A DNA stretch of 34,146 bases from a candidate division CPR2 bacterium GW2011_GWC2_39_10. GTDB lineage: Bacteria > Patescibacteriota > CPR2. Below the pieces are notes generated by a model. That model saw only the letters and a program-made list of their open reading frames with translations, was not told where the DNA came from and ran no database searches. The stretch is taken from assembly GCA_000993275.1 (NCBI GenBank), contig LBVV01000012.1:1-34146 (forward strand), read 5' to 3'. Shown here piece after piece: positions 17,964 through 26,612 of the stretch. Within the stretch, counting starts at the first letter, position 1, and each line of letters begins with the position of its first letter. The position numbers and the translations under genes were made by a program.

Positions 17964-18754
17964 GAAAAATAAAAATCTGTCATTTATACCCGGATGCCAT
18001 GAACCTTTACGGAGATGTCGGCAACATTATTGCCATTAAAAAAAGGTGTGAATGGCGCGGTTTTGAATGCGAAATTATTGATGTAAAAGTTGGAGATCGG
18101 GTAAATTTTAATGACGTTGACATAATATTTATGGGCGGGGGGCAGGATAGAGGGCAGATGACCGTAGCTAAAGATTTAGTCAAAAAGGGAAAACAGATTC
18201 GAGAAGCAGTAGAATCGGACATGGCAGTTTTAACCATTTGCGGCGGCTATCAATTGTTTGGAAAATATTTTAAAACAACGGAGGGGGAGGAAATCCCGGG
18301 TATCGGAATTTTCGATGCTTTTACCGAAGCGTCAAATCAGCGTATGATCGGCAACGTTTTGGTGGATTGCCGCAGGACCACCTCGCATTGGTCCAATATG
18401 CACAAATTCAGTTTGCTGGAAAAAATGCATGCCAGTTTAGTCGGATTCGAGAACCATAGCGGGAAAACCATTTTGGGGCCCGCGGCGTATCCTTTGGGGC
18501 ATGTAATAAAGGGTTACGGAAATGACGGAAAGGGTACTTTGGAGGGTTGCCAGTATCGCAATGCTTTCGGCACCTATTTGCACGGGTCTTTGCTTCCTAA
18601 AAACCCCTGGTTTGCGGATCATTTAATTATTTTAGGCCTAAGGCACAGATACGGGTCGGATTTTGAGCTGCCGGAATTAAACGATGATATTGAAATTATG
18701 GCGCATAATGCAGCCAGAGATAGAGTCTATACGGCGAGAGTAGATCATATATAG
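17960..18754 (+). CDS. gatD: Lipid II isoglutaminyl synthase, glutamine amidotransferase subunit GatD
   Basis: CobQ-type GATase-1 motifs FMGGGQDRGQ, catalytic Cys in ICGGYQLFG and a His in the C-terminal region. Start ATG 17960 has GGAGG 4 nt upstream and overlaps the murT stop. Confidence 0.75.
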   Translation: MRKIKICHLYPDAMNLYGDVGNIIAIKKRCEWRGFECEIIDVKVGDRVNFNDVDIIFMGGGQDRGQMTVAKDLVKKGKQIREAVESDMAVLTICGGYQLFGKYFKTTEGEEIPGIGIFDAFTEASNQRMIGNVLVDCRRTTSHWSNMHKFSLLEKMHASLVGFENHSGKTILGPAAYPLGHVIKGYGNDGKGTLEGCQYRNAFGTYLHGSLLPKNPWFADHLIILGLRHRYGSDFELPELNDDIEIMAHNAARDRVYTARVDHI

Positions 18755-18778
18755 AAATGTCAAAGCTTGAGCACAAGT

Positions 18779-18926
18779 GCTGAACCGCCCTCACTTTCCA
18801 TGTTGTCATTCCCGTGAAAACGGGGATCCAGGAAGTTTGGTCTTGCAATAAAGCTACTGGATTCCCGCCTCCGCGGGAATGACGGCTATGTGACATATTA
18901 GTATTTTAAAAGTGAGGGTGGTTCAG
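18779..18926. mobile_element. MITE-like non-autonomous element (~148 bp) with 17-bp TIRs and 8-bp target-site duplication
   Basis: TIR ctgaaccgccctcactt (18780-18796) versus the reverse complement of aagtgagggtggttcag (18910-18926), 16/17 match. Direct repeat GCACAAGT at 18771-18778 and 18927-18934. Internal core TTGTCATTCCCG...CGGGAATGACGG is shared with the elements at 33030-33107 and 33718-33925. Confidence 0.6.
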
Positions 18927-19060
18927 GCACAAGTCATTTACTTTTGGTCATAATTTTGCTATATTATGTAAGTTATAGATAGGAAGCAGGAATCAGAAAC
19001 CAGGAAACACTTGAGTCGTAATATTTTCTAAATTCTTTTGCTTATTGTTTATTGACGTGC

Positions 19061-19135
19061 GGGCCGGTAGCTCAGCGGCAGAGCAGTTGCCTCTTAAGCA
19101 ATTGGTCGTGGGTTCGAATCCCACCCGGCCCTCCA
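19061..19135 (+). tRNA. tRNA-Lys, anticodon CUU
   Basis: Acceptor GGGCCGG/CCGGCCC, D-arm GCUC-AGCGGCA-GAGC, anticodon stem GUUGC/GCAAU with loop CUCUUAA, T-arm GUGGG-UUCGAAU-CCCAC, encoded CCA. Confidence 0.8.
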
Positions 19136-19161
19136 AGTGAGACACAACTTAGTTAATATGT

Positions 19162-19189
19162 AGAAATCCCTATGCCAAGGGATTTTTTA
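19162..19189 (+). terminator. Rho-independent terminator after tRNA-Lys, same family as 807-838
   Basis: aaatccct-atgcca-agggatttttt. Confidence 0.6.
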
Positions 19190-19259
19190 GGTTATAACTT
19201 TTCAATAATGAATCGATAAGCAACAAGATTCCTTTTAAGTGAATTCAAGGGCCAAAAAC

Positions 19260-19288
19260 TTGACAAATAAGCATAAATTTAGTATAAT
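19260..19288 (+). promoter_or_regulatory. Consensus sigma70 promoter for the HD-domain gene pair
   Basis: TTGACA, 17-nt spacer, TATAAT (all three consensus). A ~107-nt leader carries a long-range stem gtaaagtcgcaa / ttgcggctttac. Confidence 0.6.
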
Positions 19289-19401
19289 CTATCTTCAGTT
19301 GAACCTTTACAAAGCCGTAAAGTCGCAACTTGGCTATTAAGAATTTAGTAACCAGCTTGCGGCTTTACTAAAAATTAAGACGATATTCGACCAGGGAGGC
19401 G

Positions 19402-19983
19402 ATGCATTTGATTTGGGATGAAGCTCAGAGATATTTCCTATCTAAGCTAGAAGGAAATAGTCATGTATACAAAGATTTGCTACTAAGGCATTTAAAGCTA
19501 GTTGTTAATTGGGGTTTAATCATACTAAAGAAACATCTAGAGGCTGACAAAGAGATTACATTAACCTCGATATATCTTCACGATGTTGGCCGTTTGGCAA
19601 TCCCAAAGCATGAAGATCACGCAGTAGCTTCTGAAGTTATGGCCAGAGAATTTTTAGCCAGTCAAGGCTATCCGCCAGACAAGATTGAAAGGATAGCCCA
19701 TTGTGTCAGATCACATAGGTGCAATGATGTCCAGCCAGAAACCATAGAGGCAAAGATACTTGCTGTAGCTGATTCGGCTAGTCATCTCACGGATTACGCT
19801 TATCTTCATCTAATTCATAGTGGAGAAAAGCAGTATATCCTCGAGAAGCTGGAAAGAGACTATCGAGATATCGGCTTATTGCCAGATATCAAGAAACAGC
19901 TTGAGCCTTTGTATCTGGCTTGGGAGCAACTCTTGAAAGTTTTTCCGGATTGGAAACTTGAAGACATCGGAGATATTGTGTAA
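19402..19983 (+). CDS. HD-domain metal-dependent phosphohydrolase
   Basis: HD signature H..H(LKL)...YLHDVGR...H...H...D. GGGAGG Shine-Dalgarno. Visibly higher GC than surrounding genes. Confidence 0.65.
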   Translation: MHLIWDEAQRYFLSKLEGNSHVYKDLLLRHLKLVVNWGLIILKKHLEADKEITLTSIYLHDVGRLAIPKHEDHAVASEVMAREFLASQGYPPDKIERIAHCVRSHRCNDVQPETIEAKILAVADSASHLTDYAYLHLIHSGEKQYILEKLERDYRDIGLLPDIKKQLEPLYLAWEQLLKVFPDWKLEDIGDIV

Positions 19984-19995
19984 AGGAGTGGTTGT

Positions 19996-20673
19996 ATGTC
20001 ATCTGAAAGACAAAAAGCAATTGAGAGTCTAACCTGCTACGCCCTGACAGAGATGGCGGAAAAGTACGGTCCTAATGGTGAAACGCCCTTGGCGTATCAC
20101 AACCCAGCCCATGTGGCAGAAGTCATGAAAGCCGCTCTAAATATCGGCGATCTGGCTTGCCAACATGGCAAAATCAAGTCCTCAGACCTTGATCTACTTG
20201 CAATCGCAGCATTTTTTCACGACATTGAGCAAGGTATGGGATCTGGCGCTAATGAAGATGAGAGTGCATGTATTGCCGCCGAAAAAATGAGAGAGACAGG
20301 AGCCTTCTCAGATGAGGAGATTCAAGCAGTTCAGTCGATGATCCGGTCCACAAAGGTGCGTTTTGACGAAAACGGCATCATGCATCAACTGGTTATGGAC
20401 GTTGGTCACGGCTATCTGCCTCTTATTATGGCGGATGCGGATCTTTCTATCATGGGTGCAGCTCCAGAAGTCTACTGGGATTATATGGAATGGCTTCTTC
20501 AAGAGATGAAAAAGACAGCATATCCTTCGAAAGAAAAGCGGCGCGATTTCCTCAAGGGAATAGAAACGCTCTTAAAGAGCCATACTTTCTTTACCGAGGA
20601 AGCACAAGCACTCTACGGGAGGCAGGAGGAAAACTTGTTTGTTTGTAGGAAGCTTCTGGCGGAGCTTAAGTAG
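19996..20673 (+). CDS. HD-superfamily phosphohydrolase-like protein
   Basis: YHNPAHVAEV...AAFFHDIEQ motifs, AAGGAG Shine-Dalgarno, GC-rich like its neighbour. Confidence 0.55.
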   Translation: MSSERQKAIESLTCYALTEMAEKYGPNGETPLAYHNPAHVAEVMKAALNIGDLACQHGKIKSSDLDLLAIAAFFHDIEQGMGSGANEDESACIAAEKMRETGAFSDEEIQAVQSMIRSTKVRFDENGIMHQLVMDVGHGYLPLIMADADLSIMGAAPEVYWDYMEWLLQEMKKTAYPSKEKRRDFLKGIETLLKSHTFFTEEAQALYGRQEENLFVCRKLLAELK

Positions 20674-20801
20674 CAACCTATCGCCAGCATCTTAGGTAAT
20701 TGCAGCATGTCTACTCAATTCAATTGCAAAAGAAGGAAATTATTGAGAGTAAATAAACATAACTTTTAATAACGGGAAGTATTTGGATAGTGGAGGAGGT
20801 A

Positions 20802-21011
20802 ATGGTTATGAAATGGTTTGGGATAATAGTAAGGATTATCTTTAGTTTTTTTGGAATAGGATTTATCCTGATTGGTGTCGCTGCTGTATTTGGATCGCCT
20901 TTGGTTGGGTTTACGATTGCCGCAATCGGAATAGAAGTGATTGGCATTGCATCCGCTTGTTTCGGAACCTTCATTTTAGTGAGCGCAGTTCGCGGAAACT
21001 TCGAAATATAA
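20802..21011 (+). CDS. Small two-TM membrane protein (hypothetical)
   Basis: GGAGGAGG Shine-Dalgarno before the ATG and two hydrophobic helices rich in small residues. A Y-shaped terminator follows at 21065-21112. Confidence 0.4.
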   Translation: MVMKWFGIIVRIIFSFFGIGFILIGVAAVFGSPLVGFTIAAIGIEVIGIASACFGTFILVSAVRGNFEI

Positions 21012-21064
21012 TATGACCGCTTATTACCTAGTAAATAAAGTATGTAAAAACAGAATTAGGTACA

Positions 21065-21112
21065 AGACCCCGTCTGCTCATTTGCAGATTGCCTTGAAGG
21101 GTCTATTTTTTA
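21065..21112 (+). terminator. Structured terminator, AGACCC...CCTTGAAGGGTCT-Tn family
   Basis: Outer stem agaccc/gggtct enclosing an inner hairpin tctgc..gcaga, then a T-run. A near-twin lies at 30986-31031. Confidence 0.55.
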
Positions 21113-21508
21113 TTGGCATTTTGGCTGATTGTTTTTCAGATCGCACCTGTTTTATATTCTAAATATTTTTTATAGAAATCATTATTTATTATCTTGGAGT
21201 ATCTGCATAAATCGATCAATCCACTTCGATACAAAATTCGCTTGGCCCTCCAAATTTATCGAAGATAAATTTGTCCTGAGCGAAGTCGAAGGACATTTTT
21301 TTTATAAACACAGACTGTAAGTTTAAAAATCCCTCGTACAAGGGGTTTTTTGATGTTCGATAGTTTCATAAAAATCAATGAATTTCTTCGAGAATAATTA
21401 CCACTTAAGGAGTAATCGAACATTTAGTCTCGACCAGCTATTCAAATTAGGGTTGCTTTCTCAAAGCTTCTTTCATTTTTGGGCTTAAAATAGTATAATT
21501 ATTCGAGA

Positions 21509-22123
21509 ATGATGGGAAATATTATAAATGATATAATTCCGCTAGATAGCAGATATGTTCCTTTAGTGCAACAAAAGTATTGTTGTGTTCCTGCTTGTAT
21601 TTCAATGATTATGCTTAGGAAAGGTATTCCTCTTCTTCCTCAAGAACTGATTGGTTATGAATTAGGGCTGGTAGTTCCAGATAAGGTAGCTAACAAATTT
21701 TGGAATCCACGGGTAGGAGAGCCTTATTCTTCAGGTTATGGAACAAATGTTGGTGAAGACAAAATTAATCCCAACACAGCTTTTGCTAAGTTGAATATAC
21801 CTCTTAAGATGAACTTTAAATACATCGATGAGTTTGATGATGAAGAAAAGTTCTTGGAGTATTTAAAAGCTGTAATGGAAAAAGATAAAGATGTTTTAGC
21901 TTGTTTCGATTGGGGCACTTTCTCCGGGAATAAAGAAAAGAAGTGGGGACACGTTTGCTTGGTTGATATGGTTGACTTTAATAAAAAAGAAATAAGGTTG
22001 ATTGATCCAGGGTATACAGAACCCAAATGGGAAATTGTTTCTATTGAGGTCTTATATGAAGCAATGAAGACCCATACAGCCGAAAATGGAGGCGGCTTTT
22101 GGGAAGTAAGGAAAGAGGAGTAA
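21509..22123 (+). CDS. Papain-like cysteine peptidase, C39-like domain protein
   Basis: QQKYCCVPACISMIMLRKG resembles the C39 catalytic Cys region (Q..CGxACLAMI), and KWGHVCLVDMV resembles the GHFVVL His motif. Standalone, with no ABC fusion. A TATAAT box ~10 nt upstream implies a near-leaderless mRNA. Confidence 0.5.
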   Translation: MMGNIINDIIPLDSRYVPLVQQKYCCVPACISMIMLRKGIPLLPQELIGYELGLVVPDKVANKFWNPRVGEPYSSGYGTNVGEDKINPNTAFAKLNIPLKMNFKYIDEFDDEEKFLEYLKAVMEKDKDVLACFDWGTFSGNKEKKWGHVCLVDMVDFNKKEIRLIDPGYTEPKWEIVSIEVLYEAMKTHTAENGGGFWEVRKEE

Positions 22124-22130
22124 TTAAATA

Positions 22131-22562
22131 ATGACCGAAGAAAATACAAATATTATGACGTCTTCAAAAATTTATATAGCTCAATCTAAAATTCCTAATG
22201 CTGGACGAGGGGTCTTTGCTGCTATAGCCATAAATAAGGGTGATGTAATAGAAATCTGTCCTGTTTTTGTTCTTCCTCGAAAAGATTATAAAGTTATTAA
22301 ACAGACGGCCCTAAGAAATTACTATTTTATGTGGGGTAAAGTAACCGTAGGCGTGTGTTTTGGTTTTGGGTCATATTACAACCATTCATATCAAGCTAAT
22401 GCAACCTATAAGAAAAGAATTAAAGAGCAGCTAATCGATTTTGTTGCCATAAAGGATATTAAAAAGGACGAAGAAATAATCGTAAATTATAATTACGGGA
22501 ATCCGGATGATCAAAATCCTTTATGGATAAAAGAGATATCAGCCCCAAAGGCAGAAGTATGA
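22131..22562 (+). CDS. SET-domain protein-lysine methyltransferase
   Basis: AGRGVFA N-SET region, YYNHSYQANA (NHSC-like) motif, IIVNYNYG (post-SET-like Tyr). Confidence 0.65.
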   Translation: MTEENTNIMTSSKIYIAQSKIPNAGRGVFAAIAINKGDVIEICPVFVLPRKDYKVIKQTALRNYYFMWGKVTVGVCFGFGSYYNHSYQANATYKKRIKEQLIDFVAIKDIKKDEEIIVNYNYGNPDDQNPLWIKEISAPKAEV

Positions 22563-22918
22563 ATAAAGTAGAAGTAGTCAATAAATTAAAAGAACTATAT
22601 CCTAAAGCCAATATCGTTCTTAACGATGAAAAAAATCCAACCGAGATTGTTGCTGAAACGGAACCGGACAAGGGTAAGGCAATTGCGGTAATTGATAAGT
22701 CAGCGGCTCATCATCACAATTACACAAAAGAAAGATATATTATTCAAAGAGGCTCGTTAGAGCTCTTTGTTGATGGCACAAAGCATGATCTTAAGGAGGG
22801 TGATGTATTTGATATTGAACCGGGCCAAGTCCATTATGCAATTGGTAATCAGACTTGGTTTGAAGAGATAAGTACCCCGCCTTGGTCAATAGAAGATCAT
22901 TTTTTGGAGGAAGAATGA
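22559..22918 (+). CDS. Cupin-2 domain protein
   Basis: Cupin motifs AAHHHNYTKERYIIQRG and PGQVHYAIGN. ATGA overlap with the SET gene stop. Confidence 0.55.
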   Translation: MNKVEVVNKLKELYPKANIVLNDEKNPTEIVAETEPDKGKAIAVIDKSAAHHHNYTKERYIIQRGSLELFVDGTKHDLKEGDVFDIEPGQVHYAIGNQTWFEEISTPPWSIEDHFLEEE

Positions 22919-23003
22919 AAACTATACTTTTATTATCACATTATAAAGAAGTGCAAGGTTGGATCAGTCATTTTTAAATAAAAAAAGGTGGCATAATTGC
23001 CAC

Positions 23004-23426
23004 CTACAGGTTTGAATTTATAACTATCCTTGCTTTTTGTATTGCGTTTAAATAATCAACCGCCCAATCCGGAGCATAATGGCTTGGGGATCCGTACACC
23101 AAAGTATTTAATTGCGACATAATTGGCCCGTCAATAAGCTCTAGTGTATAAACCAAGTTTTTCTGTTTCACTTTATTTTTGGCATTTTCCCAGTAATCGA
23201 TACCGCCAACGGCGATTTTAATTGAACTTTCGATATCCCGAATTCTTTTGTTTAATCTTTTAATTCGGAATTGGCCGAAAAAAGACGTTTTTGAAATACT
23301 GTCTAATTTCTTTTCCCAATTTAGCTCTTTTCTAAATTTCTGTGTTGATTCCAGGGTGTTTTTGTGGTTTTCGATATTGTCGTCAATATAACCAAGTACC
23401 TCATCAAGTGCTTGTTCTAAATTCAT
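23004..23426 (-). CDS. Hypothetical protein
   Basis: 140 aa. AAGGAGGGA Shine-Dalgarno and an upstream TTGATT-17-TAAAAT promoter. A terminator hairpin ggtggca-taat-tgccacc lies at the 3' end. No family recognised. Confidence 0.45.
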   Translation of the reverse strand: MNLEQALDEVLGYIDDNIENHKNTLESTQKFRKELNWEKKLDSISKTSFFGQFRIKRLNKRIRDIESSIKIAVGGIDYWENAKNKVKQKNLVYTLELIDGPIMSQLNTLVYGSPSHYAPDWAVDYLNAIQKARIVINSNL

Positions 23427-23517
23427 TCTCCCTCCTTTGTCAACGTGCTTGATTAACCATTTTACCGAATAATTTACTAAAAATCAATTCCAAATTCGGG
23501 AGTTTGCCAAGGTTTTA

Positions 23518-23546
23518 TTGACAATTAAATAAAATATTGTTATAAT
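23518..23546 (+). promoter_or_regulatory. Consensus sigma70 promoter (TTGACA-17-TGtTATAAT) for the nfeD-floT operon
   Basis: Perfect -35 and -10 with a TG extension. ~140-nt leader. Confidence 0.65.
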
Positions 23547-23701
23547 TTCGTTTGCACATTAGGTGGAATGGTTATGATAGTAAATTAAAAAAATAATAAT
23601 GCATTAATCGGCTTACCGTTGTAATAAAATAGATTGTCATTTAAATTCCTGGCTTAAGGCTAGTTTAAATACATAATTGAACGAGAATGGGGGTGTTCCA
23701 C

Positions 23702-24283
23702 ATGATTGATTTAAACCAAATTATTGTAGAATTCTTGAAAGCGGCAGGGCTTGATGAAGCTTTTCATTTCCTAGGCGTACGCATAAGTACTGTCGGACTT
23801 ATATACGTATACACAATTTGTGCCTTAATTTCCGGAGTATATGTGATAATTAGCACATTAGTCGGTGAAGTCTTAGACTTTTTGGATGTTGGTGATGGCA
23901 ATGGAATGGTGCCGGCAGTAGCTATAGGAACTCTGATATTCTCATCAGTTGGCGGCCTCTCACTTTTTTTTACGCAAACAACGCCGCTTGGCTCTATTGG
24001 CTATGGTTTCACTGGAGGCATTGTGACCTTTGCGTTTGCTCTTTTTGTAATGAGGTGGCTTAGCAAAAACCAATCAAACGATATAGTCACGACCGATTCT
24101 TTGTTGGGCGAAACAGGGACTGTTCATGAGCGAATAAATAATGGTCCTGGTGTTGTAAAAATGATCCACAATGGGAAGGGGGAGTATTTTAGGGCGTATA
24201 GCGGGCAAGTAATCGGTTCAGGAGAACTGGTAAGGATTACAAATGTCCGTAGTTCCAGAGAAGTTGATGTAGAAAAGGTGTAG
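23702..24283 (+). CDS. NfeD-like membrane protein (YuaF-type)
   Basis: Three N-terminal TM helices and a C-terminal OB-like domain. Directly precedes the flotillin gene. Confidence 0.6.
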   Translation: MIDLNQIIVEFLKAAGLDEAFHFLGVRISTVGLIYVYTICALISGVYVIISTLVGEVLDFLDVGDGNGMVPAVAIGTLIFSSVGGLSLFFTQTTPLGSIGYGFTGGIVTFAFALFVMRWLSKNQSNDIVTTDSLLGETGTVHERINNGPGVVKMIHNGKGEYFRAYSGQVIGSGELVRITNVRSSREVDVEKV

Positions 24284-24311
24284 TTAAAGAATATTGTGAG
24301 GAGGGTCTAAG

Positions 24312-26162
24312 TTGTTAGAACTTATTGGCAGTTTGGGTGGAGTTGCAATACTTTTACTTGGGCTAAGTGTTGGGTTTGGTGCATTAGTGCTGGCAATAAA
24401 AAAGATGTACAGAATAGTGCCTCCAAACTGGGCGCTAATTATTGCTGGTACGGGCAAGAGAAAAGGCAGAGATGAAAAAGATGAAGATGGTCGTTCGGGT
24501 GTTACTAGAAAAGTTGTTACCTCAGGTGGCGTTTTCGTAATTCCTTTTATTCAAAAGGCGTACGAAGTACCGCTAGAAGTGATGAAAATTGACGTAAATG
24601 TGCGTCATGTTCCATGCTCAACAAAAATCCCAATTGACGTTGAGTCAACTGCCAATGTACGCATTGGCAATACCGAAGAAGAGATAAATATGGCCGCAAT
24701 GAGATTCCTGAGCTGGGGTGATAGCCAGCGTATTGAAAATATCCAAGAAGTCTTGGCAGGATCGCTTAGGGCAATCATAGGGAAGCTGACTCCGGAGGCG
24801 ATGATTGAAGATCGTGATGAATTCTCATCGCAAGTGCAGTCAATTGCCTCGAAGGAATTGCAACCAATGGGAATAGTTATTGATGTATTAAACGTAAAAG
24901 AGTTATCGGATACTCAGGGATACATTGATAATTTGGGCGTGAAACAAGCAGAGGAAGTTCGTAAGGAGGCAGAAATCGCCAAATTCGATGCCGATCTGTT
25001 AATAACACAAAGAGAACAATCTACCGAACTTCAAAAATCAGAGGCCATAAGAGATACAGAAATGAAAAAAGCTCAAAATCTTGCTCAAGTAGAGCAGGAA
25101 CAGGCGAAAGCTTCACAGGCGGGGCCGCTTGCAAAAGCAGAGGCAGAAAAGGGAGTTGTTCAAGCAAGCACTGCGCTTGCTAAGTTGAAAGCTATAGAGA
25201 CCGAAGAAAATCTGGTCTCCCAAGTTATTAAGCCGGCGGAAGCGGAGGCAAAAAAGGTAAAGATTGTAGCAGACGGTGAACGCGAAGCGACTATCGTAAC
25301 CGCTGATGCTTCAAAGCAAAAAGCAGTTCTTGATGCCCAAGCTGATAAAGAATCTGCAATTGAGCGAAGTGAAGGTCAAGCCAAAGAAATTACGGCGATT
25401 GGTATCGCTGAGGCTGGAGCTACGGAAGTAAAAGGAAAGGCAGAAGCTACAGTCGGTGAGCTTAAGGCAAGAGTTCAAGGCGCGGAAATCCGCGAGGTAG
25501 CTTTAGCAAAGGCCGAAGGAATGGAGAAGGAAGCAGAAGCTTTGAATAAGCTTCAAGATGCTGGCATAGAGATCAAAAAACTGGAAATAATGCCAGACGT
25601 GGTAACTGCTTATGCGCTTGCAATCAGCAATGTCGACAACATTGTTGTTACCGGAACTGACGCAATGCAAAACTTCTACGGCATGATCGGTAACGTGATT
25701 CAAGGTTTTATGAATGGGGGCATGCAAGCTACTGGCCAGAAAAACGACGATAACAAGGGAATATTGCCTGGCATAAAGTTTCCGTTGCTTAGTGGAGGAA
25801 TGCCGGATATGAAGGCTACAGTCAATTTAGATAATGCTGAAGAGCGTTTTAAAGTAGCCGAGAAGCTAACTAGCGCGCTAAGCGGCATTACCGGTGATAC
25901 GCTAAAGGCTAAGCTTTCGAGTTTAAGAAGCCAATACGGCATCATCATAAACTCTCTGGTTGAGAGCGAATTTTTCGATGAAATTCTCCAGATGGCCGAA
26001 GCAACACAAGCGGGATCGTTGGACGATCAGGTTATGGCGTTCTTGGATCTTGTTAACGCCAACGCTAACATTAAGGACAAGCTTGTTAGGTTTGTTCCTT
26101 ATATAGAGACGTTAGCGCCGAAAGCAAAAGAGATAGTAGAAAAAAGGCCAAGAAGAGGCTAA
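24312..26162 (+). CDS. floT: Flotillin-like SPFH/band-7 protein (FloT/YuaG type)
   Basis: N-terminal TM helix, SPFH domain, long EA-rich coiled-coil. TTG start with a GGAGGG Shine-Dalgarno. Confidence 0.8.
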   Translation: MLELIGSLGGVAILLLGLSVGFGALVLAIKKMYRIVPPNWALIIAGTGKRKGRDEKDEDGRSGVTRKVVTSGGVFVIPFIQKAYEVPLEVMKIDVNVRHVPCSTKIPIDVESTANVRIGNTEEEINMAAMRFLSWGDSQRIENIQEVLAGSLRAIIGKLTPEAMIEDRDEFSSQVQSIASKELQPMGIVIDVLNVKELSDTQGYIDNLGVKQAEEVRKEAEIAKFDADLLITQREQSTELQKSEAIRDTEMKKAQNLAQVEQEQAKASQAGPLAKAEAEKGVVQASTALAKLKAIETEENLVSQVIKPAEAEAKKVKIVADGEREATIVTADASKQKAVLDAQADKESAIERSEGQAKEITAIGIAEAGATEVKGKAEATVGELKARVQGAEIREVALAKAEGMEKEAEALNKLQDAGIEIKKLEIMPDVVTAYALAISNVDNIVVTGTDAMQNFYGMIGNVIQGFMNGGMQATGQKNDDNKGILPGIKFPLLSGGMPDMKATVNLDNAEERFKVAEKLTSALSGITGDTLKAKLSSLRSQYGIIINSLVESEFFDEILQMAEATQAGSLDDQVMAFLDLVNANANIKDKLVRFVPYIETLAPKAKEIVEKRPRRG

Positions 26163-26303
26163 TCATTTTTCACTGTTTCTAGTCGAAATTTAAAAAATAT
26201 AACCTAGGGTCTCCCTCAGCATTCTTTAATAGAAAAAGTTGAGGTGAGGCCTTTTATTTTTTCTATTAAAATTGATATAATGAGATAATTAAATAGGTAT
26301 TTT

Positions 26304-26612
26304 ATGCAAAGACAAGTTTTAAAATCAAAAATACACAGAGCGGTAGTGCGAGACAAAAACTCAGAGTATGAGGGCAGTATTACTATCGGCAAGGAATTGA
26401 TGGACGCGGCTGACTTGTGGTCTTACGAAAAGGTTTTGGTGGCGGACTTAAATAACGGCAACCGTTTTGAAACTTATGTAATTGAAGGTATTAGCAAAGA
26501 AATTATTGTAAACGGTGCGGCAGCCCATTTAGTAGAAATTGGCGATAAATTAACGATAATGGCCTTTGCGGTTACAGATGAACCCATAAAGCCCAAAATT
26601 TATAAATTTTAG
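26304..26612 (+). CDS. panD: Aspartate 1-decarboxylase (pyruvoyl-dependent)
   Basis: MQRQVLKSKIHRAVV...EGSITIG (Gly-Ser self-cleavage site)...NGAAAH is the canonical PanD sequence. Confidence 0.85.
   Translation: MQRQVLKSKIHRAVVRDKNSEYEGSITIGKELMDAADLWSYEKVLVADLNNGNRFETYVIEGISKEIIVNGAAAHLVEIGDKLTIMAFAVTDEPIKPKIYKF

Noticed and set aside
18696-18896. 66-aa ORF on - strand
   Set aside because: It spans the MITE-like element and the gatD 3' end. Its composition is driven by palindromic GC hairpins.
21129-21320. 63-aa ORF with TTG start
   Set aside because: It has no Shine-Dalgarno and is an F/Y/H-rich product of AT-rich DNA. The region has internal inverted repeats (acttcgat / atcgaag) and its own terminator, so it may be a small RNA, but I could not support either call.
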